The notes under the pieces: generated by a model
What the model saw: only the letters and a program-made list of their open reading frames with translations
The model's database searches: none
Told to the model about the DNA's origin: nothing
In this document: positions 16,892 to 22,696 of the stretch, piece by piece
Position numbering within the stretch: the stretch's first letter is position 1
Layout: each line of letters opens with the position of its first letter
Position numbers and translations under genes: made by a program
DNA from: a virus
Strand: one strand, 5' to 3'
Length of the DNA: 36,430 nucleotides
IMG/VR virus record: IMGVR_UViG_3300045988_013705

Positions 16892-17581
16892 TTAGAATAG
16901 TGGAATGTTGTCCGGGTCATAGCATACGCGACTGACCCGTTCTTTGAATTCCATCGTGGGGTTATGTCGCAATGGTGGCGTATCCGCTTGGACGTGATCC
17001 CAGAATTCGTCCACAGCATCCTCGATCATCTCGATCAGTAGTTCGTCACGTTCGACAGAGCGTTCGATTATCCGGCTATTGCCTATCATGGCGATCAGTT
17101 GCGCTCGCCGGTATCCGCTTACCGCCATATAGTGCAGGACTTGGCAGGCGTATGATATCGGCACGGTATCCGGCTCCCAGTATTTGATGCTAGGCCAGCC
17201 TACCGTCTTTATTTCCAGCACTTCCTTCCTGCTATCCTCGTAGGTCAGCACTCCGTCTAGTGATGCTTGCCGCCACGGGTGTCCATCGTCCTGAAGCATG
17301 TATTGTGGGTCTTCGACCTTGACACTAGGGTGCCTGTAGGCGTATTCATCGCGTAGTGCAGGCTCCAGCGAATTCCCGAGAATTACAGCCGGCTTGTGGC
17401 TGATGTCTTCAGGCTTAGTTTTGCCGGTTTTTTCTCGCCATAGTGTCATGATGCCCTTGTAGGGATTAACGCCCATGATTACGCCCACGTCTGATCCGCC
17501 TACGCCTTTATCGCGTTGCTCATGCCATGCATTGCTGATTTCTTCAGGTGTCCCGGTGAATCTGATTTCCTTGGCTGACAT
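16892..17581 (-). CDS. YqaJ-type (lambda Exo-like) recombination exonuclease.
   Basis: Contains GVGGSDVGVIMGVNPYKGIMTLWREKTGK ... LEIKT..., the typical YqaJ viral recombinase pattern. RBS is AAGGAA. Confidence 0.8.
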   Translation of the reverse strand: MSAKEIRFTGTPEEISNAWHEQRDKGVGGSDVGVIMGVNPYKGIMTLWREKTGKTKPEDISHKPAVILGNSLEPALRDEYAYRHPSVKVEDPQYMLQDDGHPWRQASLDGVLTYEDSRKEVLEIKTVGWPSIKYWEPDTVPISYACQVLHYMAVSGYRRAQLIAMIGNSRIIERSVERDELLIEMIEDAVDEFWDHVQADTPPLRHNPTMEFKERVSRVCYDPDNIPLF

Positions 17582-17584
17582 TTC

Positions 17585-17818
17585 TTATTCCTTGCTATCT
17601 AGCAGGTTGTTTGTCATCAGCTTGCACCCGTGCGGTGCTTGGTTGATTCGGCTGACCTCACATACGTATGATCGACCGTCATCACGGAGAATGATGGTGT
17701 CAGCAGTAGCTTCCGCCCAGACGATATAGCCGAAGGCGATGAAGGCGATGAAGGCGATCATTACCGCGACGGCGATGACGATGGTTTCAATCCTGTCTTC
17801 GATGTCTTCGATGCTCAA
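17585..17818 (-). CDS. Small membrane protein.
   Basis: TM segment IVIAVAVMIAFIAFIAFGYIVW. A TTG start at 17818 overlaps the upstream TGA stop. The track ORF extends to 17893 but overlaps the upstream gene. Confidence 0.4.
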   Translation of the reverse strand: MSIEDIEDRIETIVIAVAVMIAFIAFIAFGYIVWAEATADTIILRDDGRSYVCEVSRINQAPHGCKLMTNNLLDSKE

Positions 17819-18294
17819 TTCGTCCTCTTTCCGTTCGCTTCGATCATCGCGTACAGCATTTCGCTTGCGGCGCGGCACCTGTAGGATTGGCACTTGCCGG
17901 ACACGTCGAAAAGCGGTACGAGCTTGTCACCTTTTTTCGATGGTGTGAGCACTTGATTGATATTGCGTGGCAGCAGGTAGTTGACTCGCAGTTCCTCGGC
18001 CAGTTCCCTTGTGGTCACGAGGTAGTTCACGTCCCCGTAGAACGTCAACCCATGGCCTGATTTGAAATCCGCCATGCAGGACTTGACTTCGTAACAGGAG
18101 AACTCGCCAAGTTCCACACTTGCCGGCATGAGCACATAGCCGGGCGTGAACGGCTTGAATCCCATGAAGTCGATTCGTCTGTTTTTCGAGGTGCCCAAGT
18201 CGAAATTCACCTCGCTTGCCCAGAAGCTGACGCGGTTCTTCAGACGCTTCTCTACCAGCTCGGACAGCATGGCGGTAGTTTCAGTCCTGCTCAT
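17815..18294 (-). CDS. MmcB-like PD-(D/E)XK nuclease-family protein.
   Basis: 159 aa containing FWASEVNF...RRIDFMGFKP...FSCYEVKSCMADFKSGHGLTFYGDVNYLV. Confidence 0.5.
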   Translation of the reverse strand: MSRTETTAMLSELVEKRLKNRVSFWASEVNFDLGTSKNRRIDFMGFKPFTPGYVLMPASVELGEFSCYEVKSCMADFKSGHGLTFYGDVNYLVTTRELAEELRVNYLLPRNINQVLTPSKKGDKLVPLFDVSGKCQSYRCRAASEMLYAMIEANGKRTN

Positions 18295-18572
18295 TTCGCA
18301 TCCTCGCTTTGCTTGGTGGTTTCGGTTTCGTGTTCGTCAAATGGGGTCGCTAGCTTCACGTGGCTCTTCATGATCGCGATGATACTCGGATCTTCAAACC
18401 ACGTAAGGCCTCCTGCGTAATACTCGCATCCGCTAGACGCGTACCCGCACGCAATCCCATAGATCCCGTCACAGTGTTCTTTCCATCCGCTTTCCAGGTA
18501 ATATGTTTCGTTCGTGTCAAGTTCCACGCGCAGACCCATGTCATGCGGGAGACGTTCTAACACACTAATCAT
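18291..18572 (-). CDS. Hypothetical protein.
   Basis: MISVLERLPHDMGLRVELD... with RBS GCGAGGA. The start overlaps the upstream stop. Confidence 0.5.
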   Translation of the reverse strand: MISVLERLPHDMGLRVELDTNETYYLESGWKEHCDGIYGIACGYASSGCEYYAGGLTWFEDPSIIAIMKSHVKLATPFDEHETETTKQSEDAK

Positions 18573-18934
18573 TTCGTGTCCTCGCTTGTGAGACCCGCTA
18601 GTATGGTATCCTCGCATTCCGGTTTCGGCAGTGGTTGCGGTGTGCTCATGTCCTCGTAGTACTTGTTTAGAGCGTGCAAGGTCGGTTGCGTGTCTGGGCT
18701 GTCGGGATCGTAGAACACTGGCAGCCTGTCATACTGCGAGTTTTGCACGTATCGCACGTGCAGGGGGCAGAAGAATCGCGGCTCATTATCACTTGCGAAC
18801 AGACACAACCATTCTTCATCATCGGTAATCTCACCGGTTACGTTTTCCTCGCTTGTATTCCAGAAGTCGTATTCCATGTGGCATCCCGGGTAGTCACATT
18901 TTGCCTTGTAAGTTGTTCTCACTCTCATGCTCAT
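18569..18934 (-). CDS. Hypothetical Cys-containing protein.
   Basis: 121-aa ORF with overlapping start and stop junctions on both sides. Confidence 0.5.
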   Translation of the reverse strand: MSMRVRTTYKAKCDYPGCHMEYDFWNTSEENVTGEITDDEEWLCLFASDNEPRFFCPLHVRYVQNSQYDRLPVFYDPDSPDTQPTLHALNKYYEDMSTPQPLPKPECEDTILAGLTSEDTK

Positions 18935-19185
18935 TTCTTCCTCCTGAAGTACTTGTATTCATCGTGGTGATGGAACAGGAACAGGTGAAGTCTCCACGCC
19001 TTGACTGCCAACAGGCCCTTGAGTGTGATCGCATACCCGCCATGGACACGCTTCATGAGCTTCCTATCGGCCAATGATTCAAGCATTCGGGAAAGCTCTT
19101 GGCCCCCTCGTTGTTGCCAGATGTAGCTCATCCCCTCAGCGATATACAGGCAACACATGTCCTTGTCGTATTGACTAATCATCAT
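18931..19185 (-). CDS. Hypothetical protein.
   Basis: 84-aa ORF with RBS ATGGAGG. Confidence 0.5.
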   Translation of the reverse strand: MMISQYDKDMCCLYIAEGMSYIWQQRGGQELSRMLESLADRKLMKRVHGGYAITLKGLLAVKAWRLHLFLFHHHDEYKYFRRKK

Positions 19186-19321
19186 TAGCCTCCATATTGA
19201 CTAAGTGACGGTCACTGCCGCGATCAGCCCAAAACAGCGGGCAAACCTTGTATTGAGCGCTCATTTCGCGTCCTTCCCCTTGTATTCGTCCACGAGTTCT
19301 TTCCACTGTCTGCTTGCTCAT
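19175..19321 (-). CDS. Possible 48-aa gap-filling ORF.
   Basis: The ATG at 19321 lies one nt after the upstream stop. The ORF is open to a TAG at 19175-19177. It has no clear RBS. Confidence 0.25.
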   Translation of the reverse strand: MSKQTVERTRGRIQGEGREMSAQYKVCPLFWADRGSDRHLVNMEANDD

Positions 19322-19322
19322 G

Positions 19323-19535
19323 TCACATTCTCGCGTCTGCCATGATGCACATCAGGGTGAGCACTGGCACATTGTCGTAGCTGTCGAGATCGTCTTCCAA
19401 TGCAACTTCTGCGAGTGATTCGCATGCGGCTTCTTGGTCGAATTCCTCCCATATGCCGGGCACGTTCTCGTAGTGGTTCTCAAGCCATTCATATGCGGTG
19501 TTGCAGTTGATTTTGTCGTTCATTTCGGTGGTCAT
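19323..19535 (-). CDS. Very acidic 70-aa protein.
   Basis: MTTEMNDKINCNTAYEWLENHYENVPGIWEEFDQEAACESLAEVALEDDLDSYDN... By hand count there are about 17 D/E against 2 K/R. RBS is GAAAGGAA, and a promoter-like motif lies upstream. Confidence 0.6.
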   Translation of the reverse strand: MTTEMNDKINCNTAYEWLENHYENVPGIWEEFDQEAACESLAEVALEDDLDSYDNVPVLTLMCIMADARM

Positions 19536-19555
19536 TTCGGGTTCCTTTCTCGGGG

Positions 19556-19590
19556 TTTCCTTGTTTGTAATCCTTACTGTACACCTATAT
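19556..19590 (-). promoter_or_regulatory. Promoter-like cassette, copy C (ATAGGTGTACAGTAAGGATTAC...CAAGGAAAC).
   Basis: The rc of 19556-19590 gives a -10 TACAGT (19576-19581) preceded by GGTG. It resembles the cassettes at 21892-21928 and 33894-33930. Confidence 0.45.
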
Positions 19591-19605
19591 GTGGACTGAC
19601 ACCCA

Positions 19606-19785
19606 TCAAACACGACACCGTGATTCATATTCAGCGACACCACGCACATAATCGACACTCATGTCAACGATTTTGGCGACAGTCTCAGGCGGATAGTCAA
19701 GATCGAAAAGATAATGCACGGAAATCCGGTAAGTGCTTGATGCCGTATCGTGCGGTGTCGGCTTTATGCTATGCTTCTTCGCCAT
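19606..19785 (-). CDS. 59-aa hypothetical protein.
   Basis: My translation is MAKKHSIKPTPHDTASSTYRISVHYLFDLDYPPETVAKIVDMSVDYVRGVAEYESRCRV. RBS is GAAAGG. It is one residue below the track cutoff. Confidence 0.4.
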   Translation of the reverse strand: MAKKHSIKPTPHDTASSTYRISVHYLFDLDYPPETVAKIVDMSVDYVRGVAEYESRCRV

Positions 19786-19801
19786 CTTTCAAGCCTTTCA
19801 A

Positions 19802-20068
19802 TCATTCTGCCAAGTGCCTCCATATACCCTTCAGCCTTTCGTGAGGGTAAGCTCCGCTTACGACGGCTTCAGGGTTGACCATCATGGGCTTCGGCTTGCG
19901 CAATTCAGCGATTTCGCCAGCCATCGTTTCCATTATCAGGCTAGCCGTGCGTTTATCGTCCTTAGCACGGGCGATCTCACGTTTCCGCGCTTCGTCGCGT
20001 CGTTGCCATTCGCTTCGGCTTTCCGTCTGCGCTCTTGCCGTGGTCACGCCGGTAAAATTCGCTTTCAT
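19802..20068 (-). CDS. Hypothetical basic protein.
   Basis: 88-aa ORF with a charged helical middle (RRDEARKREIARAKDDKR). Confidence 0.5.
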   Translation of the reverse strand: MKANFTGVTTARAQTESRSEWQRRDEARKREIARAKDDKRTASLIMETMAGEIAELRKPKPMMVNPEAVVSGAYPHERLKGIWRHLAE

Positions 20069-20090
20069 GGTTCTTCCTTCAAGGTTCCTT

Positions 20091-20537
20091 TCATCTTGTG
20101 TTCCCTGTCATTTCGTTGAGCGCGTATGCGATGCCTTCAATTTCCGCTGACGTGAAGTCCGCGAGTGTGACGTCTTGGATGCCGTCCACGAGGCTGGCGC
20201 TGCCGTCCTCATGGAGGCGGATGCAGAAGCCGCTTGATGCGAGCAGCAGGCATCCGGCCTCGTGAATTGTCGGCGGCGCTGGCGGGTTGAGTGTCGGGTT
20301 TATGGCGTGTCCTTTCTTGGTGTTGACTTCGATGACATAGACGCGAGAATGCCCGACTGGAATATCTTCGTCCATGTCGATATACAAGCGTGGTGTTGGT
20401 CGTATTTCGCCTTTTTCGTCATCGTAGAATGACGCTCCAACGGTCTCGCCGGTAAAAGAACGGAATGGCTCATCACCGAAAAACTGCATGTATTTGGCAA
20501 GATTATTCAACTTTTGCCGAGTATCCGTCTTACTCAT
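20091..20537 (-). CDS. Hypothetical protein.
   Basis: 148-aa ORF whose start overlaps the stop of the DivIVA-domain gene. Confidence 0.55.
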   Translation of the reverse strand: MSKTDTRQKLNNLAKYMQFFGDEPFRSFTGETVGASFYDDEKGEIRPTPRLYIDMDEDIPVGHSRVYVIEVNTKKGHAINPTLNPPAPPTIHEAGCLLLASSGFCIRLHEDGSASLVDGIQDVTLADFTSAEIEGIAYALNEMTGNTR

Positions 20538-20703
20538 TGGTGTTTCCTTTCGCTTTTATGATGGATTCGAGTACTTTGGCGAGGGTTTCGATGGTGTCTG
20601 CGCAGGCGTCGAGTAAATCGTCCACTTCGTCGGTGTCGTAGCCTTCGCGGAATCGGTGTGTGGTGAGCTGTGCCATTCTCACTTCCTTTGGTGTGAGCAT
20701 CAT
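20530..20703 (-). CDS. 57-aa DivIVA N-terminal-domain protein.
   Basis: MMLTPKEVRMAQLTTHRFREGYDTDEVDDLLDACADTIETL... matches the LTPxDVxxxxFxxxxRGYDxDEVDxFLD signature. RBS is AAGGAA. The 142-aa track ORF overlaps the pentapeptide gene and has an implausible N-terminus. Confidence 0.65.
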   Translation of the reverse strand: MMLTPKEVRMAQLTTHRFREGYDTDEVDDLLDACADTIETLAKVLESIIKAKGNTNE

Positions 20704-20770
20704 GGCGGTTCCTTTCGTTTGGTGGCTTGGTGTTTCCTTGTTTGGTTTTGGGTGTCTCCTCACGCTGTTC

Positions 20771-21544
20771 CTAATACGCGACTGCCTCGGCGCGGGTGAT
20801 GAAGAAGTGGATGCCCGAAGCGCACGCAGTCCACCGGTCAGGGTCGAAGCCGTTAGCTTCCACCGTGTCACCAAGCCTATATGTAAATTCCGGATCGTGT
20901 ACGCTGTACGCAACGATATCAGGCTTGAGACTGTTGCCGTCAGGGTCTTGCAGATCAAGCACTCGTGCTTTGTTGGCGCGGCATTTGCGCCACATGGTGT
21001 TGGAGCGTTGAGCGTCGGACGGAATAAGCAGCTTTACAATGACGGGCTTCTCGTCTCTTGTCCGCGCTTTTTTCCAGCCGATGATGTCGCCTTCATCTGG
21101 CATTATGCGCGACTGCGCCTCGATAAGGTCTGCGCCGTTGGCATTGCGCAGGCTGGCACCATTCAGGTTCGCGCCACGCAGGTCGGAGTAGCACAGGTCT
21201 GCATCACATAGGTCTGCACCAAACAGGCCTGCACCACTCAGGTTCGCGCCACGCAGGTTCGCATGGTACAAATTTGCAAAGGTTAGGTTCGCGCCACGCA
21301 GGTCGGAGTAGCACAAGTTTGCATTGCGCAGGTTCGCATTGCGCAGGCACACGCCGCTCAGGTTGGCACCACGCAGGTAGGCATTGCGCAGGTTCGCATT
21401 GCGCAGGCTGGCACCACGCAAGTCGGCATTGCTTAAGTCAAACTCATGCAGGACGGCACCACGTAGGCAGTCGCGCCCGTATTTTTCGAGGATTGCCTCG
21501 ATGCTTTCGCCTTCAAGGATTCCTTTTGCTGTGTGGATTTTCAT
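20771..21544 (-). CDS. Pentapeptide-repeat protein with a non-repeat C-terminal domain.
   Basis: About 20 consecutive A(D/N)LxG-type pentapeptides (NADLRGASLRNANLRNAYLRGANLSGVCLRNANL...). These are followed by a C-terminal domain of about 115 aa ending ...CASGIHFFITRAEAVAY. Confidence 0.85.
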   Translation of the reverse strand: MKIHTAKGILEGESIEAILEKYGRDCLRGAVLHEFDLSNADLRGASLRNANLRNAYLRGANLSGVCLRNANLRNANLCYSDLRGANLTFANLYHANLRGANLSGAGLFGADLCDADLCYSDLRGANLNGASLRNANGADLIEAQSRIMPDEGDIIGWKKARTRDEKPVIVKLLIPSDAQRSNTMWRKCRANKARVLDLQDPDGNSLKPDIVAYSVHDPEFTYRLGDTVEANGFDPDRWTACASGIHFFITRAEAVAY

Positions 21545-21630
21545 TGTGTTTTCCTTTCCTTGGTTATTTTTCGATGTGTTCGCTCATGTCGCTCATCTGG
21601 CATGAGTGGTTGCCTCCGCCGCTATGGTTG

Positions 21631-21882
21631 TCACCAAGTCTGTGCGAACTGTTCGATTTGTTCGGCGGTGAAGGTCTTGGCAGGGTCACGGTAGGCTTCA
21701 TCTTCAGTGCTGAAGGCGTAGAGCTCGTAGTAGGCGTGGCCTTCGTCATCGACGGCCTGATCGCGGTCGATGCTTTCCCAAGTGCCGCCTTCTTCCTTGC
21801 CTTCGAGCGTGTAGTCTTCGCTCTCCCAGTAGTGGTAGAGGTCGGCGTAGGTGCTGGTCTTGGTGAAGTCGATGCTGGTCAT
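21631..21882 (-). CDS. Very acidic 83-aa protein.
   Basis: MTSIDFTKTSTYADLYHYWESEDYTLEGKEEGGTWESIDRDQAVDDEGHAYYELYAFSTEDEAYRD... By hand count there are about 21 D/E against 5 K/R. RBS is AAGGAAAGGA, with a promoter cassette immediately upstream. Confidence 0.6.
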   Translation of the reverse strand: MTSIDFTKTSTYADLYHYWESEDYTLEGKEEGGTWESIDRDQAVDDEGHAYYELYAFSTEDEAYRDPAKTFTAEQIEQFAQTW

Positions 21883-21891
21883 TTTGTTTTT

Positions 21892-21928
21892 TCCTTTCCT
21901 TGGTTGGTAATTACTACTATACACCTAT
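21892..21928 (-). promoter_or_regulatory. Promoter / 5'UTR cassette, copy A (ATAGGTGTATAGTAGTAATTACCAACCAAGGAAAGGA).
   Basis: The rc of 21892-21928 gives a -10 TATAGT at 21916-21921. It matches the plus-strand copy at 33894-33930 at 35 of 37 positions. Confidence 0.55.
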
Positions 21929-22059
21929 CTAGGAACGACACGCAGATAAATGACGGAATTCCAGCTCGTGACAAAACAACGCCGAAACACATACAAAAAC
22001 ACGGGAAACCGTAAAAAAATTGCAGAAACCGAAGAAAAGATAGATGAAACGGCTATTTT

Positions 22060-22097
22060 AAGCAAAAGAAAAGGCGGCACGCCTAGAACATGCCGCC
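22060..22097 (-). terminator. Rho-independent terminator.
   Basis: The minus strand reads GGCGGCA-tgttctaggcg-TGCCGCC followed by TTTTCTTTTGCTT. Confidence 0.75.
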
Positions 22098-22169
22098 AAA
22101 TCGGGAAACCGCTTCACACTCACAAGAGCCGGTCGAGTAATCCCTCGTACATCTCATTCAATTGTATCG

Positions 22170-22240
22170 CACACCGGGCAGGAATCGCACCTGCGCCTGC
22201 GGTTTTGGAGACCGCCATGCTACTACTGCACCACCGGCAT
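22170..22240 (-). tRNA. tRNA-Trp(CCA)-like gene with non-canonical D and T loops.
   Basis: The minus strand folds as ATGCCGG-TG-GTGC-AGTAGTA-GCAT-G-GCGGT-CTCCAAA-ACCGC-AGGC-GCAGG-TGCGATT-CCTGC-CCGGTGT-G. It is a complete 71-nt cloverleaf with a 7-bp acceptor stem (two G-U pairs), U8, U33, anticodon CCA and discriminator G. The D loop lacks GG, and the T loop is TGCGATT rather than TTCRANN. No CCA tail is encoded. Confidence 0.55.
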
Positions 22241-22392
22241 GAACTGGGCGTTGCCCAGATTCATCATAACGCCGTGACACTCGAATGCCACGACTTGCGT
22301 ACTTTCGCCAATCGTCATCGGCGCAAGGCTGTACGCTGCCCCCAGCGTGACTGGTGCGCATCGTTGAGAGGCGTTCACCTGCTATGCTACCG

Positions 22393-22420
22393 ATTATACA
22401 CGCCTTAGCCACCTGCGCAA
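22393..22420 (-). promoter_or_regulatory. Sigma70-like promoter candidate, TTGCGC-16-TATAAT.
   Basis: The -10 is the rc of attata at 22393-22398 and overlaps the stop codon of the upstream gene. The -35 is the rc of gcgcaa at 22415-22420. Confidence 0.4.
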
Positions 22421-22696
22421 TATCTTCGCTGGGCTAGTCCGCTCATAATGAAGGTGCCGTGCTATCGTCTCCCAGCTCTTACCCTCAAGGAACCGCATGA
22501 TGCAAATCAGCCGCACCTTAGCGTCGGGCACCGAGATAATCCACGCCATCAGCTCGAACCGCTGCCGCTCCACACTCTCCAAGTGTGCGATAAGCAATCG
22601 GCGGCATGAAGGCTCAAGCTCCACGGCTAACAGCGAGCGCAAGCACTCACTCTCTGCTTTCAGCATTCGGGCTTGAGCCAAGTCACGCTCCGTCAC
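22394..22696 (-). CDS. Sigma-70 region-4-like HTH protein (DUF1492 / ArpU / RinA-like putative late activator).
   Basis: 100 aa. The C-terminus reads DAKVRLICIMRFLEGKSWETIARHLHYERTSPAKILRRWLRRV. The GTGA start/stop overlaps the DnaC-like gene. Confidence 0.5.
   Translation of the reverse strand: MTERDLAQARMLKAESECLRSLLAVELEPSCRRLLIAHLESVERQRFELMAWIISVPDAKVRLICIMRFLEGKSWETIARHLHYERTSPAKILRRWLRRV

Noticed and set aside
20530-20958. The 142-aa version of the ORF overlapping the pentapeptide gene.
   Set aside because: The N-terminal 85 residues overlap the 3' end of the pentapeptide gene, and their translation looks non-protein-like (Arg/Ser/Thr-rich). A good RBS precedes the internal ATG at 20703, which starts exactly at the DivIVA-domain signature.
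21568-21630. 20-aa upstream ORF (MPDERHERTHRKITKERKTQ) ending in an ATGA overlap with the pentapeptide gene.
   Set aside because: The pentapeptide gene has its own strong RBS inside this ORF. The peptide is simply the translation of that RBS region and is probably not functional.
21274-22014. 246-aa plus-strand ORF and related frames across the pentapeptide gene.
   Set aside because: It is the antisense shadow of the 15-nt-periodic pentapeptide repeats (HAGRH/CAGSH repeats). It has no RBS.
22098-22392. Possible second tRNA on either side of the tRNA-Trp-like gene.
   Set aside because: I could not build a full cloverleaf. The T-loop-like hairpin gtggca-ttcgag-tgtcac has a 6-nt loop, and the enclosing stems give either about 56 nt or about 109 nt, neither compatible with a tRNA.
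21950-22412. ORFs 21950-22408 (+) and 22158-22412 (-).
   Set aside because: Neither has an RBS, and both are Arg/Gly/His-rich. They overlap the tRNA-like cloverleaf and the terminator, so the region is better explained as non-coding RNA.
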